Positions 15,568-25,577 of a stretch of DNA of 64,000 nucleotides are shown one piece after another. The stretch's first letter is position 1. The number at the start of each line of letters is the position of its first letter. Origin of the DNA: a virus; IMG/VR virus record IMGVR_UViG_3300017917_002068, positions 1 through 64,000 of that record; one strand, given 5' to 3'. The notes under the pieces were generated by a model that was not told the origin of the DNA, made no database searches, and saw only the letters and a list, made by a program, of their open reading frames with translations. Made by a program: the position numbers and the translations under genes.

Positions 15568-18500
15568 ACTACCATTCCAACAATATTACCGTTAGCATTC
15601 CAAACTGTAATGACTGCCGTGCCGCTAGTGGCAGCTAGTGTAACTGAAGTAGCACTTATCTGTCCAGCGGCATTTGCTCCTACAAAATTTCCTGCTAAAT
15701 TCACTGCAGAGAATCCTACAGTAGTTGTGCTAGCAGTTACGTTAATTTGAGTAATAGTACCGCCGATATTTCTTATATATACTTGAACTTTTCTCCCCGC
15801 TGTTAGAGATCCTATTTGCAATGTTCGAGTAATACCAGTAAAGCCGGCTATCCAAGATGCCAATGAAATTTGATCGGCCAGAACAAGAAAATCGGCATTA
15901 GCTGCTGTAACCGATGTATTACCAAAGGTAGGAGAAGTTAAACTTGGGTTCGTACCAAATACTAACGATCCGCTACCTGTTTCGTCGCTGATAACACCTG
16001 CCAACTGAGCACTGGTAGTTGCAGCAAATTGACTTAAATTTCCTGTAGTAGCAAGAGTACCTGTAGTTGGTAATGTAACATTTGTTGCTGCGGTGGTAGT
16101 TAATGTTAATGCAAAATTACCAGATGTATTAAAATCGTTGGCAGTATCAATATTACCACCTAGAGCTATAGATCTGTTAGCATTTTCAACATTAAAGGTT
16201 AATGTTCTACCCGCGGTAAGAGCTGGGTTCGAAGTTGCTACAAGTGTTACATCAAACGCCGCAGAGGTATCTCTTACAGATAAGCTAGTCAAACTATCAA
16301 CAGTACCTGCGTTAATATCTGGTGTTGCGATCACAGGGGAAGTTCCAAATACCAATGATCCAGATCCTGTTTCATCGCTGATAACTCCAGCAAGTTGAGA
16401 TGATGTAGTTGAAGCAAATTGATTTAATCCCGAACCGGTGATAGCTAAAGTACCGCTTGTAGGAAGAGTAACGTTTGTTATACCGGTTGTAGTCAATGTC
16501 AATGCAAAATTACCGCTGGTTGAAAAATTATTAGCTATATCAATGTTACCAGCCAGGGAAATAGTTCTATTAGCATTTTCAACGTCAATAGTTAGTGTTC
16601 GATCCGCGGTAAGTGCCACAGATGAATTAGAAGCAAAGAATAGATCAAAGTTAGTAGTTGTTGTATCTCTTACTTCTAATGTTGTAAAACGTCCAGTTGA
16701 TGCAGTCGTAGATCCAATGCTGATGTTGTTAATTGTGCCGGCGGTTACTGGATTTATAGTAACCGTTCCGGTACCTGTAGGACTAATAGTAACAGAAGCA
16801 TTCGCCGGACTTAGGCCAACAGTTGAGTTAGCATCTAAAGTTGTGAAATTTCCTGCTGCTCTGGTCGTTGTCCCAATAGGAGTGTTTTGAAGACTAGTTG
16901 CCGTTAATAACTTATTGAAATTCCAACTATCGTTCGACGAAGCATACAATAATGTCGCTGATGCACCATCTACAGATAAACCTGCCCCATTGGCGGCAGT
17001 AGCATTTAAGGCGCCTTTGGCTACGGTAATGTTTAAATCTTCGACGTCTAATGTTGTTGTGTTTAATGTAGTGGTAGTCCCATTAACAGTTAAATCACCA
17101 GTAACAGTGAGATTATTATTAACAGTAGTAGTTCCGCTCGGAGCACCAATACTAACAACAGTTCCAGCAGCGGCTATGTTTGCTGTTGTCGCAGCTCCGA
17201 AAGCATTGATTGTTGTCGCAGTAGTGTTTAATAGATTGAATGTAGTCTGATCGGTTGTTAAATCTCCACCTCGTATTTCTACATCGGATTTGAATATTGC
17301 ATTACTATCTACAGTCAAAGTGGAATTACCGAGTATTCCTCCTCCAACTGTTAATGATCCGGTTATTTCTGTGCTACCTGTTACAAACAGATCTTGTGTT
17401 ATTTCTGTGTTACCTGTTACAAACAGATCTTGTGTTACTCTTATATCATTTTCTACATTAAGGTCGCTATTCAATGTAACTGCAGGAACAAACACAATCC
17501 CCGACGAATCGTCTGTATCAATAACGCTGCCGTTTAATGTAAAATTTCCTAACTGTATTGAAGAAGCATTAGTGGCTATTACCGCAGTATTGGCGGCGCC
17601 GAATGCATTAACTGTAGTTACAGTAGTGTTTAATAGGTTGAATGTCGTTTTGTCAGTAATTATGTCCCCACCACGGACTGTTAAATCTCCCGATATATCA
17701 GTATCGGCAATAACAACTAGGTCGCCAGTGCCATTCGGTCGTATATTAATATCCGAGTTAGAAGTATTTCCGTCGATATTATTTTCAAATATTCGTATGC
17801 CCTCGAAATTAAGAGTTTCTACGATACCGATCGTTCCTCTAAGATTTACAGTTCCACTTGAAGTTCCTAGTGTCAATACTTCAGTATCAGTATCTGTTAG
17901 AATAATTTCGTTACCGGCGATCGGCTCTACTTCGTAAGTTAAACGAACTCGATAATTTACGTATTCTGTATTTCCAGTCCAATCGAACTTTATTCGATAA
18001 TTTACAGGACCTGCATCTAGTTCAGCATATATATTTTGAATTTCGTATGATGTTCTTGTTAATGTACCTGAAAGATAATCTAAAATTTCCCAAGCTAATG
18101 TTGAAGGGTTTTGTCTTTCTAATTGAACATATCCGGTAGTTAGTGCTGCTGAAGATCTATAAATAGCGACGTAATTTAATGTCCCTGGACTCGGAGAAGA
18201 AAAATTTAATGTAACTGTATAAACAGCATCTGTCCTCTGGCTTTCGTCTGGACTGAATACCAAAGGATCATCAAGTGTGCCATTACCGGTAAAAGCATCA
18301 CCCGATGAAACTGACACATTGATAAAACCATCTATTCCTGGGGTTGATTGGATTTTTCCAACCAACAGATTATTCATAACTAGATCATTAGAGGTTAAAT
18401 TTCCTCTACTGGTAACAGTATGTAAAGTATCAGTTTCAGTTACACCAAAGCTTTCAAATTCAATTTCGTTGTTAGCAACTCGATCAATTCGTATTCCTCG

Positions 18501-19076
18501 GAATGAAGTTAATTTCAAATCCTGAGATTCGACTCCGGTATTTTCTAATCTTATTGATGCACCGTTGCTAACACCTGTTGGAGAATAGATATCGTAGTCA
18601 GGTCCGTTGATAGTGATGGTATCGATAGGTCCTGTGCTAGGATCGCTGAAAACTATATTATCGCCACCTATTATGGTTAGAGTATCACGAACATTATCAG
18701 CTTCGATAGTATAGCCGTCGGGATCTACGATTCCTGTACCAATGAATCTAAATTTTCTAAAGAAGTCATAATAGGCAGCAGAATTTGGATATGTGTTGTC
18801 ATTAGTGATCGTATGGTTTGACCCAGTTCCTGTAGCAATCAAATCAACCGCAGTTCCTGCTCTAGCCTCTACTTCAGTGTTGGCTAATTTTATCGTGTTT
18901 AAATTAACAAAAATAACGTAATATTTGAACCCGCTAACGAGTCCTCCGACACTGTTACCATTGTTATTATTATAAACCACACCCTGGCTATTAACGAACC
19001 CGTGATTTGGTATCGAGATCGAATTATCTACTAGATTTACGTCTGATACAGGGTTAAAAGTCTTAGAAACTGGCAT
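15564..19076 (-). CDS. Tail-fibre-like virion protein with internal repeats
   Basis: 1170 aa, Thr/Gly/Asn-rich; duplicated blocks (SDETGSGSLVFGT x2, RGGD..TD.TTFNLLNTT x2); ATAAATA upstream. Confidence 0.75.
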   Translation of the reverse strand: MPVSKTFNPVSDVNLVDNSISIPNHGFVNSQGVVYNNNNGNSVGGLVSGFKYYVIFVNLNTIKLANTEVEARAGTAVDLIATGTGSNHTITNDNTYPNSAAYYDFFRKFRFIGTGIVDPDGYTIEADNVRDTLTIIGGDNIVFSDPSTGPIDTITINGPDYDIYSPTGVSNGASIRLENTGVESQDLKLTSFRGIRIDRVANNEIEFESFGVTETDTLHTVTSRGNLTSNDLVMNNLLVGKIQSTPGIDGFINVSVSSGDAFTGNGTLDDPLVFSPDESQRTDAVYTVTLNFSSPSPGTLNYVAIYRSSAALTTGYVQLERQNPSTLAWEILDYLSGTLTRTSYEIQNIYAELDAGPVNYRIKFDWTGNTEYVNYRVRLTYEVEPIAGNEIILTDTDTEVLTLGTSSGTVNLRGTIGIVETLNFEGIRIFENNIDGNTSNSDINIRPNGTGDLVVIADTDISGDLTVRGGDIITDKTTFNLLNTTVTTVNAFGAANTAVIATNASSIQLGNFTLNGSVIDTDDSSGIVFVPAVTLNSDLNVENDIRVTQDLFVTGNTEITQDLFVTGSTEITGSLTVGGGILGNSTLTVDSNAIFKSDVEIRGGDLTTDQTTFNLLNTTATTINAFGAATTANIAAAGTVVSIGAPSGTTTVNNNLTVTGDLTVNGTTTTLNTTTLDVEDLNITVAKGALNATAANGAGLSVDGASATLLYASSNDSWNFNKLLTATSLQNTPIGTTTRAAGNFTTLDANSTVGLSPANASVTISPTGTGTVTINPVTAGTINNISIGSTTASTGRFTTLEVRDTTTTNFDLFFASNSSVALTADRTLTIDVENANRTISLAGNIDIANNFSTSGNFALTLTTTGITNVTLPTSGTLAITGSGLNQFASTTSSQLAGVISDETGSGSLVFGTSPVIATPDINAGTVDSLTSLSVRDTSAAFDVTLVATSNPALTAGRTLTFNVENANRSIALGGNIDTANDFNTSGNFALTLTTTAATNVTLPTTGTLATTGNLSQFAATTSAQLAGVISDETGSGSLVFGTNPSLTSPTFGNTSVTAANADFLVLADQISLASWIAGFTGITRTLQIGSLTAGRKVQVYIRNIGGTITQINVTASTTTVGFSAVNLAGNFVGANAAGQISATSVTLAATSGTAVITVWNANGNIVGMVV
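17362..17437. repeat. 36-bp in-frame tandem repeat (2 copies, 1 mismatch)
   Basis: GTTATTTCTGTG(C/T)TACCTGTTACAAACAGATCTTGT x2, encoding TQDLFVTGxTEI. Confidence 0.9.
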
Positions 19077-19093
19077 AAATGATCCTCATCCTT

Positions 19094-19126
19094 AGTATTT
19101 ATTGCTTTCCACTTAAGGATAAATAT
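19094..19126. promoter_or_regulatory. Divergent pair of T4-late-like promoters
   Basis: TATTTAT (ATAAATA on -) and GATAAATA on +, between two divergent structural genes. Confidence 0.6.
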
Positions 19127-19133
19127 TGGTACT

Positions 19134-20552
19134 ATGAAACAAAACGACCTAGATCAAATCCTTGGCCATCTTGGCACAGCCATAAAAACCATGGCAGATA
19201 AGCAGCCGCCTACCGTAGATTATCAAGAAATCATTAAAAATATACCACAGAGATCACTGTCAGCTGATCTTTTACACGGCGGAATAGCTAGAAACTTTGC
19301 CAGCACAGGTATCAAGGATTCCGCATCAGTTACTATATTAACTGTTAAAGATACAGGAATCGAAGTTCAAAGAGCAGCTATTCCTAAGCTATTAGGATCA
19401 GTTGATATCGAAAACAGATTAACTGCTGAATCTGCTGTTATTACTAAAGACCTTACAGTATCTGGAGTTCTACGAGCTAATATCGATCTAGACTATTTTG
19501 AATTAGTAAAACAGATTCCTAAAAGAGCCCTCAGCGGAGATTTAATCGCAGGCGGTACAATTAAGAATTTTGCCAGTTCAGGAATTAAAGATTCTGCAAC
19601 TTCTGTAAAATTAAACATAACTGACGATAAAATCTATATAGACGATCTAGAAGTTAAAACTTTAAAAGGTTCTGTATCTGTTGAAAAAGATCTATCAGCA
19701 GAAAATATTTCTGTATCGGGAACTATCAAAGCAAGCAGGATCGAAGTTCAAGAACTAAAAGCTGATCTTAGATTAGAAAAAACTACACCTTTAGAATTTA
19801 AAACTAGTGCAGAAAATTCAGTATATGGTAAAGGATTAATTTGGACTGGTACTGGTGGTACAAAACAACTGCTACTACAAAAAGATCCTGACAGAATCTA
19901 CACCACAGAAAATTTCGATCTACTGGCTGGTAAATCATATATGATAGATCGAGTAAAAATAATCGATCAAAATAGTCTAGGACCCACGGTAGTTAAAAGT
20001 AATCTAAAAGAAATTGGCAGTCTAAGGAAATTAGTAGTTCTCGGCGATGTAAATTTTAACGATGTGTTGTTTTTCAATTCATCAACGAATAGATTAAGTT
20101 TTGGAACAGAACAGCCTAATGCCACTTTTTCTATCGTAGAAAATAGCATAGAATTGATGTTGGGCATAAAAGATAAAGCATCGGCGGTTATCGGAACCTA
20201 CGGATATCATAACGTAGATATTGTCACAGACGGAACTTCAAGAGTAACCATCGGAAATAACGGTAATATACTATTAGGTAATAAAAATAATAATCCTATA
20301 CAAGTTTCAGTTCATGGTAAGTTATCTGTTGGTGTTAATAATCCAGACCCTAGTGTTGATTTACATATCAACGGATCTGTAAGATTTAATAACAAGTTAC
20401 AGACACATGGAGTCACTCCACCAAGTAGTGGCTTTTATAATGTTGGAGATATCGTTTGGAACTCAGAACCTAAAAAATCTCAACCAGTTGGATGGGTATG
20501 TACTAGATCCGGAACCCCCGGTGATTGGAATCCGTTCGGCATTATAGCATGA
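19134..20552 (+). CDS. Putative virion structural/fibre protein
   Basis: Internal duplication (IPxRxLSxDLxxGGxxxNFASxGIKDSA x2); C-terminal GDIVWN..GWVC..GTPG.W..FG motif. Confidence 0.7.
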   Translation: MKQNDLDQILGHLGTAIKTMADKQPPTVDYQEIIKNIPQRSLSADLLHGGIARNFASTGIKDSASVTILTVKDTGIEVQRAAIPKLLGSVDIENRLTAESAVITKDLTVSGVLRANIDLDYFELVKQIPKRALSGDLIAGGTIKNFASSGIKDSATSVKLNITDDKIYIDDLEVKTLKGSVSVEKDLSAENISVSGTIKASRIEVQELKADLRLEKTTPLEFKTSAENSVYGKGLIWTGTGGTKQLLLQKDPDRIYTTENFDLLAGKSYMIDRVKIIDQNSLGPTVVKSNLKEIGSLRKLVVLGDVNFNDVLFFNSSTNRLSFGTEQPNATFSIVENSIELMLGIKDKASAVIGTYGYHNVDIVTDGTSRVTIGNNGNILLGNKNNNPIQVSVHGKLSVGVNNPDPSVDLHINGSVRFNNKLQTHGVTPPSSGFYNVGDIVWNSEPKKSQPVGWVCTRSGTPGDWNPFGIIA

Positions 20553-21133
20553 CTTCATCATTAGTGATCGGGAATGGCGAAAGCCGTTCCCAAGTAGATC
20601 TATCAAAATTTTTAGAAAAATTTATTACTATCGGTTGCAACGCTATTTCTAGAGATCACAGAGTTGATCATTTGGTATGTTGTGATAGGAGAATGGTTTT
20701 AGAATCTATTTCAAGAAACATTTCGAACATTTACACACGAAAAGATTGGTATAGGTCTTTTAATTTACCATGTGTTAAACAACTTCCCGAACTTCCATAT
20801 CAAGGTGATAAACGATCCGATGATCCGTTTCATTGGGGTAGCGGACCTTACGCAGTTTTATTAGCTACAGATTTTGTCGATGATATTCATTTGTTAGGTT
20901 TTGACCTTTATGGTAAAAATAATGACGTCAATAATATCTATAAAGGCACTGCTAACTATTCAAAGACAGATTCCAGAGCAGTAGATCCTAGCTATTGGAT
21001 ATATCAGATTTCTAAGGTGTTCGACTGTTTTCCAGATAAGTATTTTACAGTTTATAATGTTGAAAATTGGTCTATGCCAGACAGTTGGAAATTGAACAAC
21101 GTTTCATTTAAAACTATTGACAAACTTCTTTAA
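20549..21133 (+). CDS. Putative nucleotide-sugar/pyrophosphotransferase-fold protein (DUF115/GT-like)
   Basis: VIGNGESR, IGCNA and LLGFD motifs. Confidence 0.55.
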   Translation: MTSSLVIGNGESRSQVDLSKFLEKFITIGCNAISRDHRVDHLVCCDRRMVLESISRNISNIYTRKDWYRSFNLPCVKQLPELPYQGDKRSDDPFHWGSGPYAVLLATDFVDDIHLLGFDLYGKNNDVNNIYKGTANYSKTDSRAVDPSYWIYQISKVFDCFPDKYFTVYNVENWSMPDSWKLNNVSFKTIDKLL

Positions 21134-21153
21134 TTGTTATAAACTGTTGCAAT

Positions 21154-21201
21154 AGTGGTCTTCAATGGCATTCATCCCACTCTAAATATTCTGCATGTCA
21201 T
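21154..21201 (+). promoter_or_regulatory. Pseudoknotted 5' leader of queD (riboswitch-like candidate)
   Basis: AGTGG/CCACT stem whose loop ATGGCAT pairs with ATGTCAT; promoter TTGACA(21117)-17-TAAACT just upstream. Confidence 0.5.
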
Positions 21202-21233
21202 CAAACTTGCTACTTTTCAAAAGGAGACTAGAG

Positions 21234-21758
21234 ATGGCAAATTATCTTTCTACAAAAACATACGGCAACGATAGAGGTCTTAGTTGCTGTTTTAGACAAT
21301 GGCGTTCAACACACAGCCATTGTTCATTGCTACACGGTTATTCAATCGGCATCAAACTAATCTTTGAAAGTCACACACTCGATGATCGTAACTGGGTCAT
21401 GGACTTTGGCGGACTCAAGGCATTTAAAGAGTGGTCAGAATACATGTTCGATCACACATTAGTAATTGCTGAAGATGATCCTCATCGTGCTATGTTCGAA
21501 AAAATGGCGGAACTGGGATTACAAGACCAAGGTGGAGTCTGTGATATTCGTATCGTTCCTGCTGTAGGTTGTGAAAAGTTTTCAGAACTTGCTTACAAAG
21601 AAATGGATAAGATTCTCAAAACTTATCAGCGTGGAGAATCTTATACCTTACCAAACGGTAAGACATTCGAAGCAAGATATCCTGTAGGAAAATTCGTTCA
21701 TCTTCGTTCTGTAGAAGTTTTTGAACATGCTGGTAATTCGGCAGTATATGAAGGATGA
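21234..21758 (+). CDS. queD: 6-carboxy-tetrahydropterin synthase / PTPS family
   Basis: CSLLHGY, VMDFG, FDH, GCE and VEVFE motifs; RBS AAGGAG before ATG 21234. Confidence 0.85.
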   Translation: MANYLSTKTYGNDRGLSCCFRQWRSTHSHCSLLHGYSIGIKLIFESHTLDDRNWVMDFGGLKAFKEWSEYMFDHTLVIAEDDPHRAMFEKMAELGLQDQGGVCDIRIVPAVGCEKFSELAYKEMDKILKTYQRGESYTLPNGKTFEARYPVGKFVHLRSVEVFEHAGNSAVYEG

Positions 21759-21946
21759 ATAGTTTTGAAAAGATATGGGCCCGGGCAACTGGGCACCTAA
21801 TGGGGCAAACGGACACCGATCGTCCTGATGTCCCTATCCTAACCGTCCGTGAAGCAAGGATAGCACTATTCTTAAAAACATTTTGGGTGATCATTCATGT
21901 GATCACCTGTCTGTTCATTATTGCTAATGTAGTAAGACACTGGTAA
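21755..21946 (+). CDS. Small membrane protein
   Basis: C-terminal hydrophobic helix; overlaps both neighbours. Confidence 0.7.
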   Translation: MNSFEKIWARATGHLMGQTDTDRPDVPILTVREARIALFLKTFWVIIHVITCLFIIANVVRHW

Positions 21947-22641
21947 TGCTAAATGTTATTTGTTTAAAACACGGTACCAAATACGGTCCCGATTATGTTA
22001 ATAAACTGTACAACATGATTGAGAGGAATCTTACGGTTCCTCATCGATTCGTTTGTTTTACGGACGACGAAACAAATTTAAATCCGCAAATTTTAATTAA
22101 AAAACTACCTAACATCTCTATTCAAGGTTGGTGGTGGAAACCCTATATCTTTAAACAAGGCCACTTTGATATCGGAGATGTTAATTTATTTTTCGATCTA
22201 GATATGATTATTGTAAAAAATATAAATCATTTTTTAGATTTTGAGCCTAATAGTTTTGTAGGTCTTCGAGATGTGGGTAGAGTTTTTAGACCAGGTTATA
22301 AAAAATTAGGTAGTGCTGTTATGCGCTGGCCAGCGGAACAATTTTCATATATCTGGAACGATCTAGAAAAAGATTTAAATCAGACCAGGAGGTTCCAGGG
22401 AGACCAAGATTGGATCTGGCACATAGCAAAAGATCATATAAAATTTTTTCCTAACGATTGGATTAGAAGTTATAAGTGGGAAATTAGATCCAGAGATGAA
22501 TTATCTGGTTTTGGGCCTAGATCTGTTTTTAGATCGGTTAGAAATCCGGTGATTCCTAGAGATACCGCAGTATTAGCATTCCACGGACACCCGCATGTTC
22601 ATACTGTTCAGGATCCTGTGATTTTGGAAAACTGGAGATAA
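21946..22641 (+). CDS. Glycosyltransferase (GT-A)
   Basis: CLKHGTKY, CFTDD, WW.K, FDLD, GDQDW and FHG.P motifs. Confidence 0.8.
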   Translation: MLNVICLKHGTKYGPDYVNKLYNMIERNLTVPHRFVCFTDDETNLNPQILIKKLPNISIQGWWWKPYIFKQGHFDIGDVNLFFDLDMIIVKNINHFLDFEPNSFVGLRDVGRVFRPGYKKLGSAVMRWPAEQFSYIWNDLEKDLNQTRRFQGDQDWIWHIAKDHIKFFPNDWIRSYKWEIRSRDELSGFGPRSVFRSVRNPVIPRDTAVLAFHGHPHVHTVQDPVILENWR

Positions 22642-23450
22642 TTCAGTAGATATTCTTGAGGCACCCCATTAGATATCTCATCTAATGTCCATTCAGTCCA
22701 TGCTAGATCATTTAACCACTGTTCTCTGTCAGGTCTTAACGGATTTTCAATTCTAGACAAATCTAAATTAGCCACTGGTGCTGCAAGGCTTTTAGGACCT
22801 ACAAATGCAGGAATACCATGTAAAATAGATTCTATTCCGGGATTAGAGCTATAATTAATCACAGCCCACGCATTTTGAAATTCGTCTAAAATATTTTTTT
22901 CCGTACTTCTCTGAACATTTTTTTCAGAAAAATTAAAAGAGTACGGACATCTTGGGTGCATTCTTATTTTTATCGGTCTATCTGAATATTTTCTTATTTC
23001 ATTAACTATTGAATGCGTCCAATCTTTCAATGAAGGATTGGATTCCCATTGAAGGCTTCGATCGTGTTGATTACAAATTAATAAATGATTACCGGAATTC
23101 TTCCACGGAGCAAGACTCATTCCTAACAATTTTCTACGTTCATCATTTTTATCTTGGGAAAAATATGAGCCTGAGTTTATTCCATTGATTCCAATCTTCC
23201 ATGTTACTTCTCTTTTGATAGCACCAATTTCTAAAACTATTACAGGCTTTTTATTATTTCTATAAAGATTCCAAACAGATTTATTTCCGACCATTCTTCC
23301 TGCCCAAAGAACGCTCCATATCACAGCAATGTCTCCGAGACCCGAATGTTCATGCACCGAGTGTCCATGTTTTTTTAAACCTCGTCCAAATGCTTCAAAG
23401 ACTGCTGCGCTATTCAACGCACCAAATTTATTATAGAAATCAAAAATCAT
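22608..23450 (-). CDS. Capsule-polysaccharide-biosynthesis-like (GT-B) protein
   Basis: IRMHP and SSNPGIESILHGIPAF motifs; likely start ATG 23450. Confidence 0.6.
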   Translation of the reverse strand: MIFDFYNKFGALNSAAVFEAFGRGLKKHGHSVHEHSGLGDIAVIWSVLWAGRMVGNKSVWNLYRNNKKPVIVLEIGAIKREVTWKIGINGINSGSYFSQDKNDERRKLLGMSLAPWKNSGNHLLICNQHDRSLQWESNPSLKDWTHSIVNEIRKYSDRPIKIRMHPRCPYSFNFSEKNVQRSTEKNILDEFQNAWAVINYSSNPGIESILHGIPAFVGPKSLAAPVANLDLSRIENPLRPDREQWLNDLAWTEWTLDEISNGVPQEYLLNYLQFSKITGS

Positions 23451-23495
23451 ACAGTATATATTGACTTTTTCTATAAGAGGTAGTATAATAAGACT

Positions 23496-24518
23496 ATGAC
23501 TAAACGTATCGGCTTCGCTTGCAAATGGATCGACCATCCCGGTCAGGTAGATGGTATCAAACCCAAAGACGACTGTAAAAAATATAACACAGGTAGTACC
23601 ACTGTAGCCTGGTTAAATAGACAGAGCAAGGATGTGGCAACGGAAAAGCTCTGGTCATTAATGGAACAGAATATCGAATCGTGCCGCCTGCTTGTTAATC
23701 GAGTGGGAGAATTGGATGAAAATCTTAGAATGGTACGACTTAGCAGTGATATCCTTCCTGTCTATACTGAGCCAACTTGGGGCTGGTTTTGGCGGACTGC
23801 CGATGTGCGATCAGCTTGCGAAAAAGGATTTCAGCAAATCGGAATGGCGGCTCGTAAGAATAATGTTCGGCTTAGCTTTCATCCTGGTCAGTTTTGTGTG
23901 TTGGCTAGCGATAATCCAGATATTGTCAATCGATCGATAGAAGAATTTGAATATCATGTAGATATGGCTCGATGGATGGGATACGGGCAGTCTTTTCAAG
24001 ATTTCAAGATCAACGTCCATATCGCAGGCAGATTGGGCCCAGATGGCATACGTGCAGCATTATCTCGAATGACGCCCGAAGCAAGAAATACCCTTACAAT
24101 TGAAAACGACGAAATGACTTGGGGTATCGAGCATAGCCTCGAATTAGTCAAAGACTGTGCCCTGGTCTTAGACATTCATCATCACTGGGTAAAAACTGGA
24201 GAATATATTGAAGCTACTGACGACCGTGTTAAAAGGATTATTGATAGCTGGCGTGGTATTAGGCCTGTCATACATTATAGTGTTTCACGGGAAGAGCATC
24301 TTACTGACCATCCCACAGACACCCTTCCCTCCCTTGATACGTTAATGGAGAGCGGCCATAAAAAAGCAAAACTCAGGGCGCATTCAAACTTCTACTGGAA
24401 TACAGCAGCGAATGAATGGGCACTGAGTTTTAGGGATCAGTTCGATATCATGTGCGAGAGCAAGGCTAAGAATCTAGCATCGTTCGCACTGTACGAACAG
24501 GCTAAGCAGATTACTTAG
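23496..24518 (+). CDS. uvsE: UV damage endonuclease UvsE/UVDE
   Basis: RLSSDILP, HPGQF, IENDE, DIHHH and HYS motifs; promoter TTGACT(23461)-17-TATAAT. Confidence 0.9.
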   Translation: MTKRIGFACKWIDHPGQVDGIKPKDDCKKYNTGSTTVAWLNRQSKDVATEKLWSLMEQNIESCRLLVNRVGELDENLRMVRLSSDILPVYTEPTWGWFWRTADVRSACEKGFQQIGMAARKNNVRLSFHPGQFCVLASDNPDIVNRSIEEFEYHVDMARWMGYGQSFQDFKINVHIAGRLGPDGIRAALSRMTPEARNTLTIENDEMTWGIEHSLELVKDCALVLDIHHHWVKTGEYIEATDDRVKRIIDSWRGIRPVIHYSVSREEHLTDHPTDTLPSLDTLMESGHKKAKLRAHSNFYWNTAANEWALSFRDQFDIMCESKAKNLASFALYEQAKQIT

Positions 24519-24819
24519 CTTTTGGTTTGCGACCGCGACCTGTTGTTTTTTTAGCAACAGTATCTTTGGCCTTAGTAGCTGCTTTTTTGGCACCTGCTTT
24601 GGCCTTGGTAGCAACAACCTTTACATCTTCAGCATCGAGCTTGCCATCTTTATTAACATCGGCAGTGGCTTTAACACCTTCTACCGCATTTTGGACAGCA
24701 GCTTTAGCATCGTCTGCATCTACTTTGCCGTCTTTATTGATATCGAGACTTTTAGAACTTCTATTAAAATAAACTAAAGCTCCAATCACAACAACGGCAG
24801 CAATGATTAAAATTTCCAT
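24511..24819 (-). CDS. Membrane-anchored protein with two EF-hand-like DxNxDG loops and a Lys/Ala tail
   Basis: N-terminal TM; DINKDGKVDADD and DVNKDGKLDAED; RBS AGGAGG. Confidence 0.75.
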   Translation of the reverse strand: MEILIIAAVVVIGALVYFNRSSKSLDINKDGKVDADDAKAAVQNAVEGVKATADVNKDGKLDAEDVKVVATKAKAGAKKAATKAKDTVAKKTTGRGRKPKAK

Positions 24820-24896
24820 GGATAATATCCTCCTGTGATTTATTTACAATAAATATCGATATATGTTAAAATTTCTGGAATATTACGGAGAATAAA

Positions 24897-25295
24897 ATGG
24901 CCTATAGCGATAAAGTTATCGACCACTATGAAAACCCAAGAAATGTAGGATCATTTGCCAAAGACGACCCTGAAGTAGGCACTGGTATGGTAGGGGCTCC
25001 CGCCTGCGGTGATGTTATGAAATTACAAATCAAAGTAAATGAGGATGGTATTATCACTGATGCGAAGTTTAAGACATACGGTTGTGGTAGTGCTATTGCT
25101 AGTTCTAGCCTCGCTACAGAGTGGCTCAAGGGGCGCACACTGGATCAGGCAACCGCGATCAAAAACTCAGATATCGCTGAGGAACTTGCGCTACCGCCCG
25201 TTAAGATACACTGTTCAATATTGGCAGAGGACGCTATCAAGGCTGCTATAAAAGATTACAAAGCTAAACAGGAAGAAGTCGTTAAAGCAGCATAG
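24897..25295 (+). CDS. iscU: Fe-S cluster scaffold IscU
   Basis: YSDKVIDHYENPRNVG, GAPACGD, GCGSAIAS and LPPVKIHC. Confidence 0.97.
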   Translation: MAYSDKVIDHYENPRNVGSFAKDDPEVGTGMVGAPACGDVMKLQIKVNEDGIITDAKFKTYGCGSAIASSSLATEWLKGRTLDQATAIKNSDIAEELALPPVKIHCSILAEDAIKAAIKDYKAKQEEVVKAA

Positions 25296-25382
25296 TTTGA
25301 CGTATGCTGTCTAGCATATGATTTTCATAGTCGATCCTGTATAATTATTATTGCAACATGATAAATTATATAGGAGATTAAG

Positions 25383-25577
25383 ATGAAAAGTTTAGTTTTA
25401 TTATTACCGTTGATTATGTTAAACACACCTGCTCTAGCAGACAAGGAAGTAAAGACGGAAACAAAAAAAGTAGAGGTTAAAAAAGAAAATCCTCATAAAA
25501 ACTTACATTTGTATTTTTTAGATAGAAGACCTTATACAGCACCAAAAAATGATAACACTAACAGAACTAGCAGCTAA
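25383..25577 (+). CDS. Small secreted hypothetical protein
   Basis: AGGAG RBS; signal peptide ending ALA. Confidence 0.65.
   Translation: MKSLVLLLPLIMLNTPALADKEVKTETKKVEVKKENPHKNLHLYFLDRRPYTAPKNDNTNRTSS

Noticed and set aside
16093-18525. Several plus-strand ORFs up to 215 aa, and similar antisense ORFs inside other long genes
   Set aside because: Antisense shadows of the 1170-aa gene and other real CDSs, caused by codon bias.
23440-23470. LexA/SOS box upstream of uvsE
   Set aside because: Only a half-site (ACAG); no CTGT-N8-ACAG.
25293-25317. IscR-type box (GAC-N7-GTC) after iscU
   Set aside because: Poor match to the consensus outside the core, and a simple small hairpin explains it.
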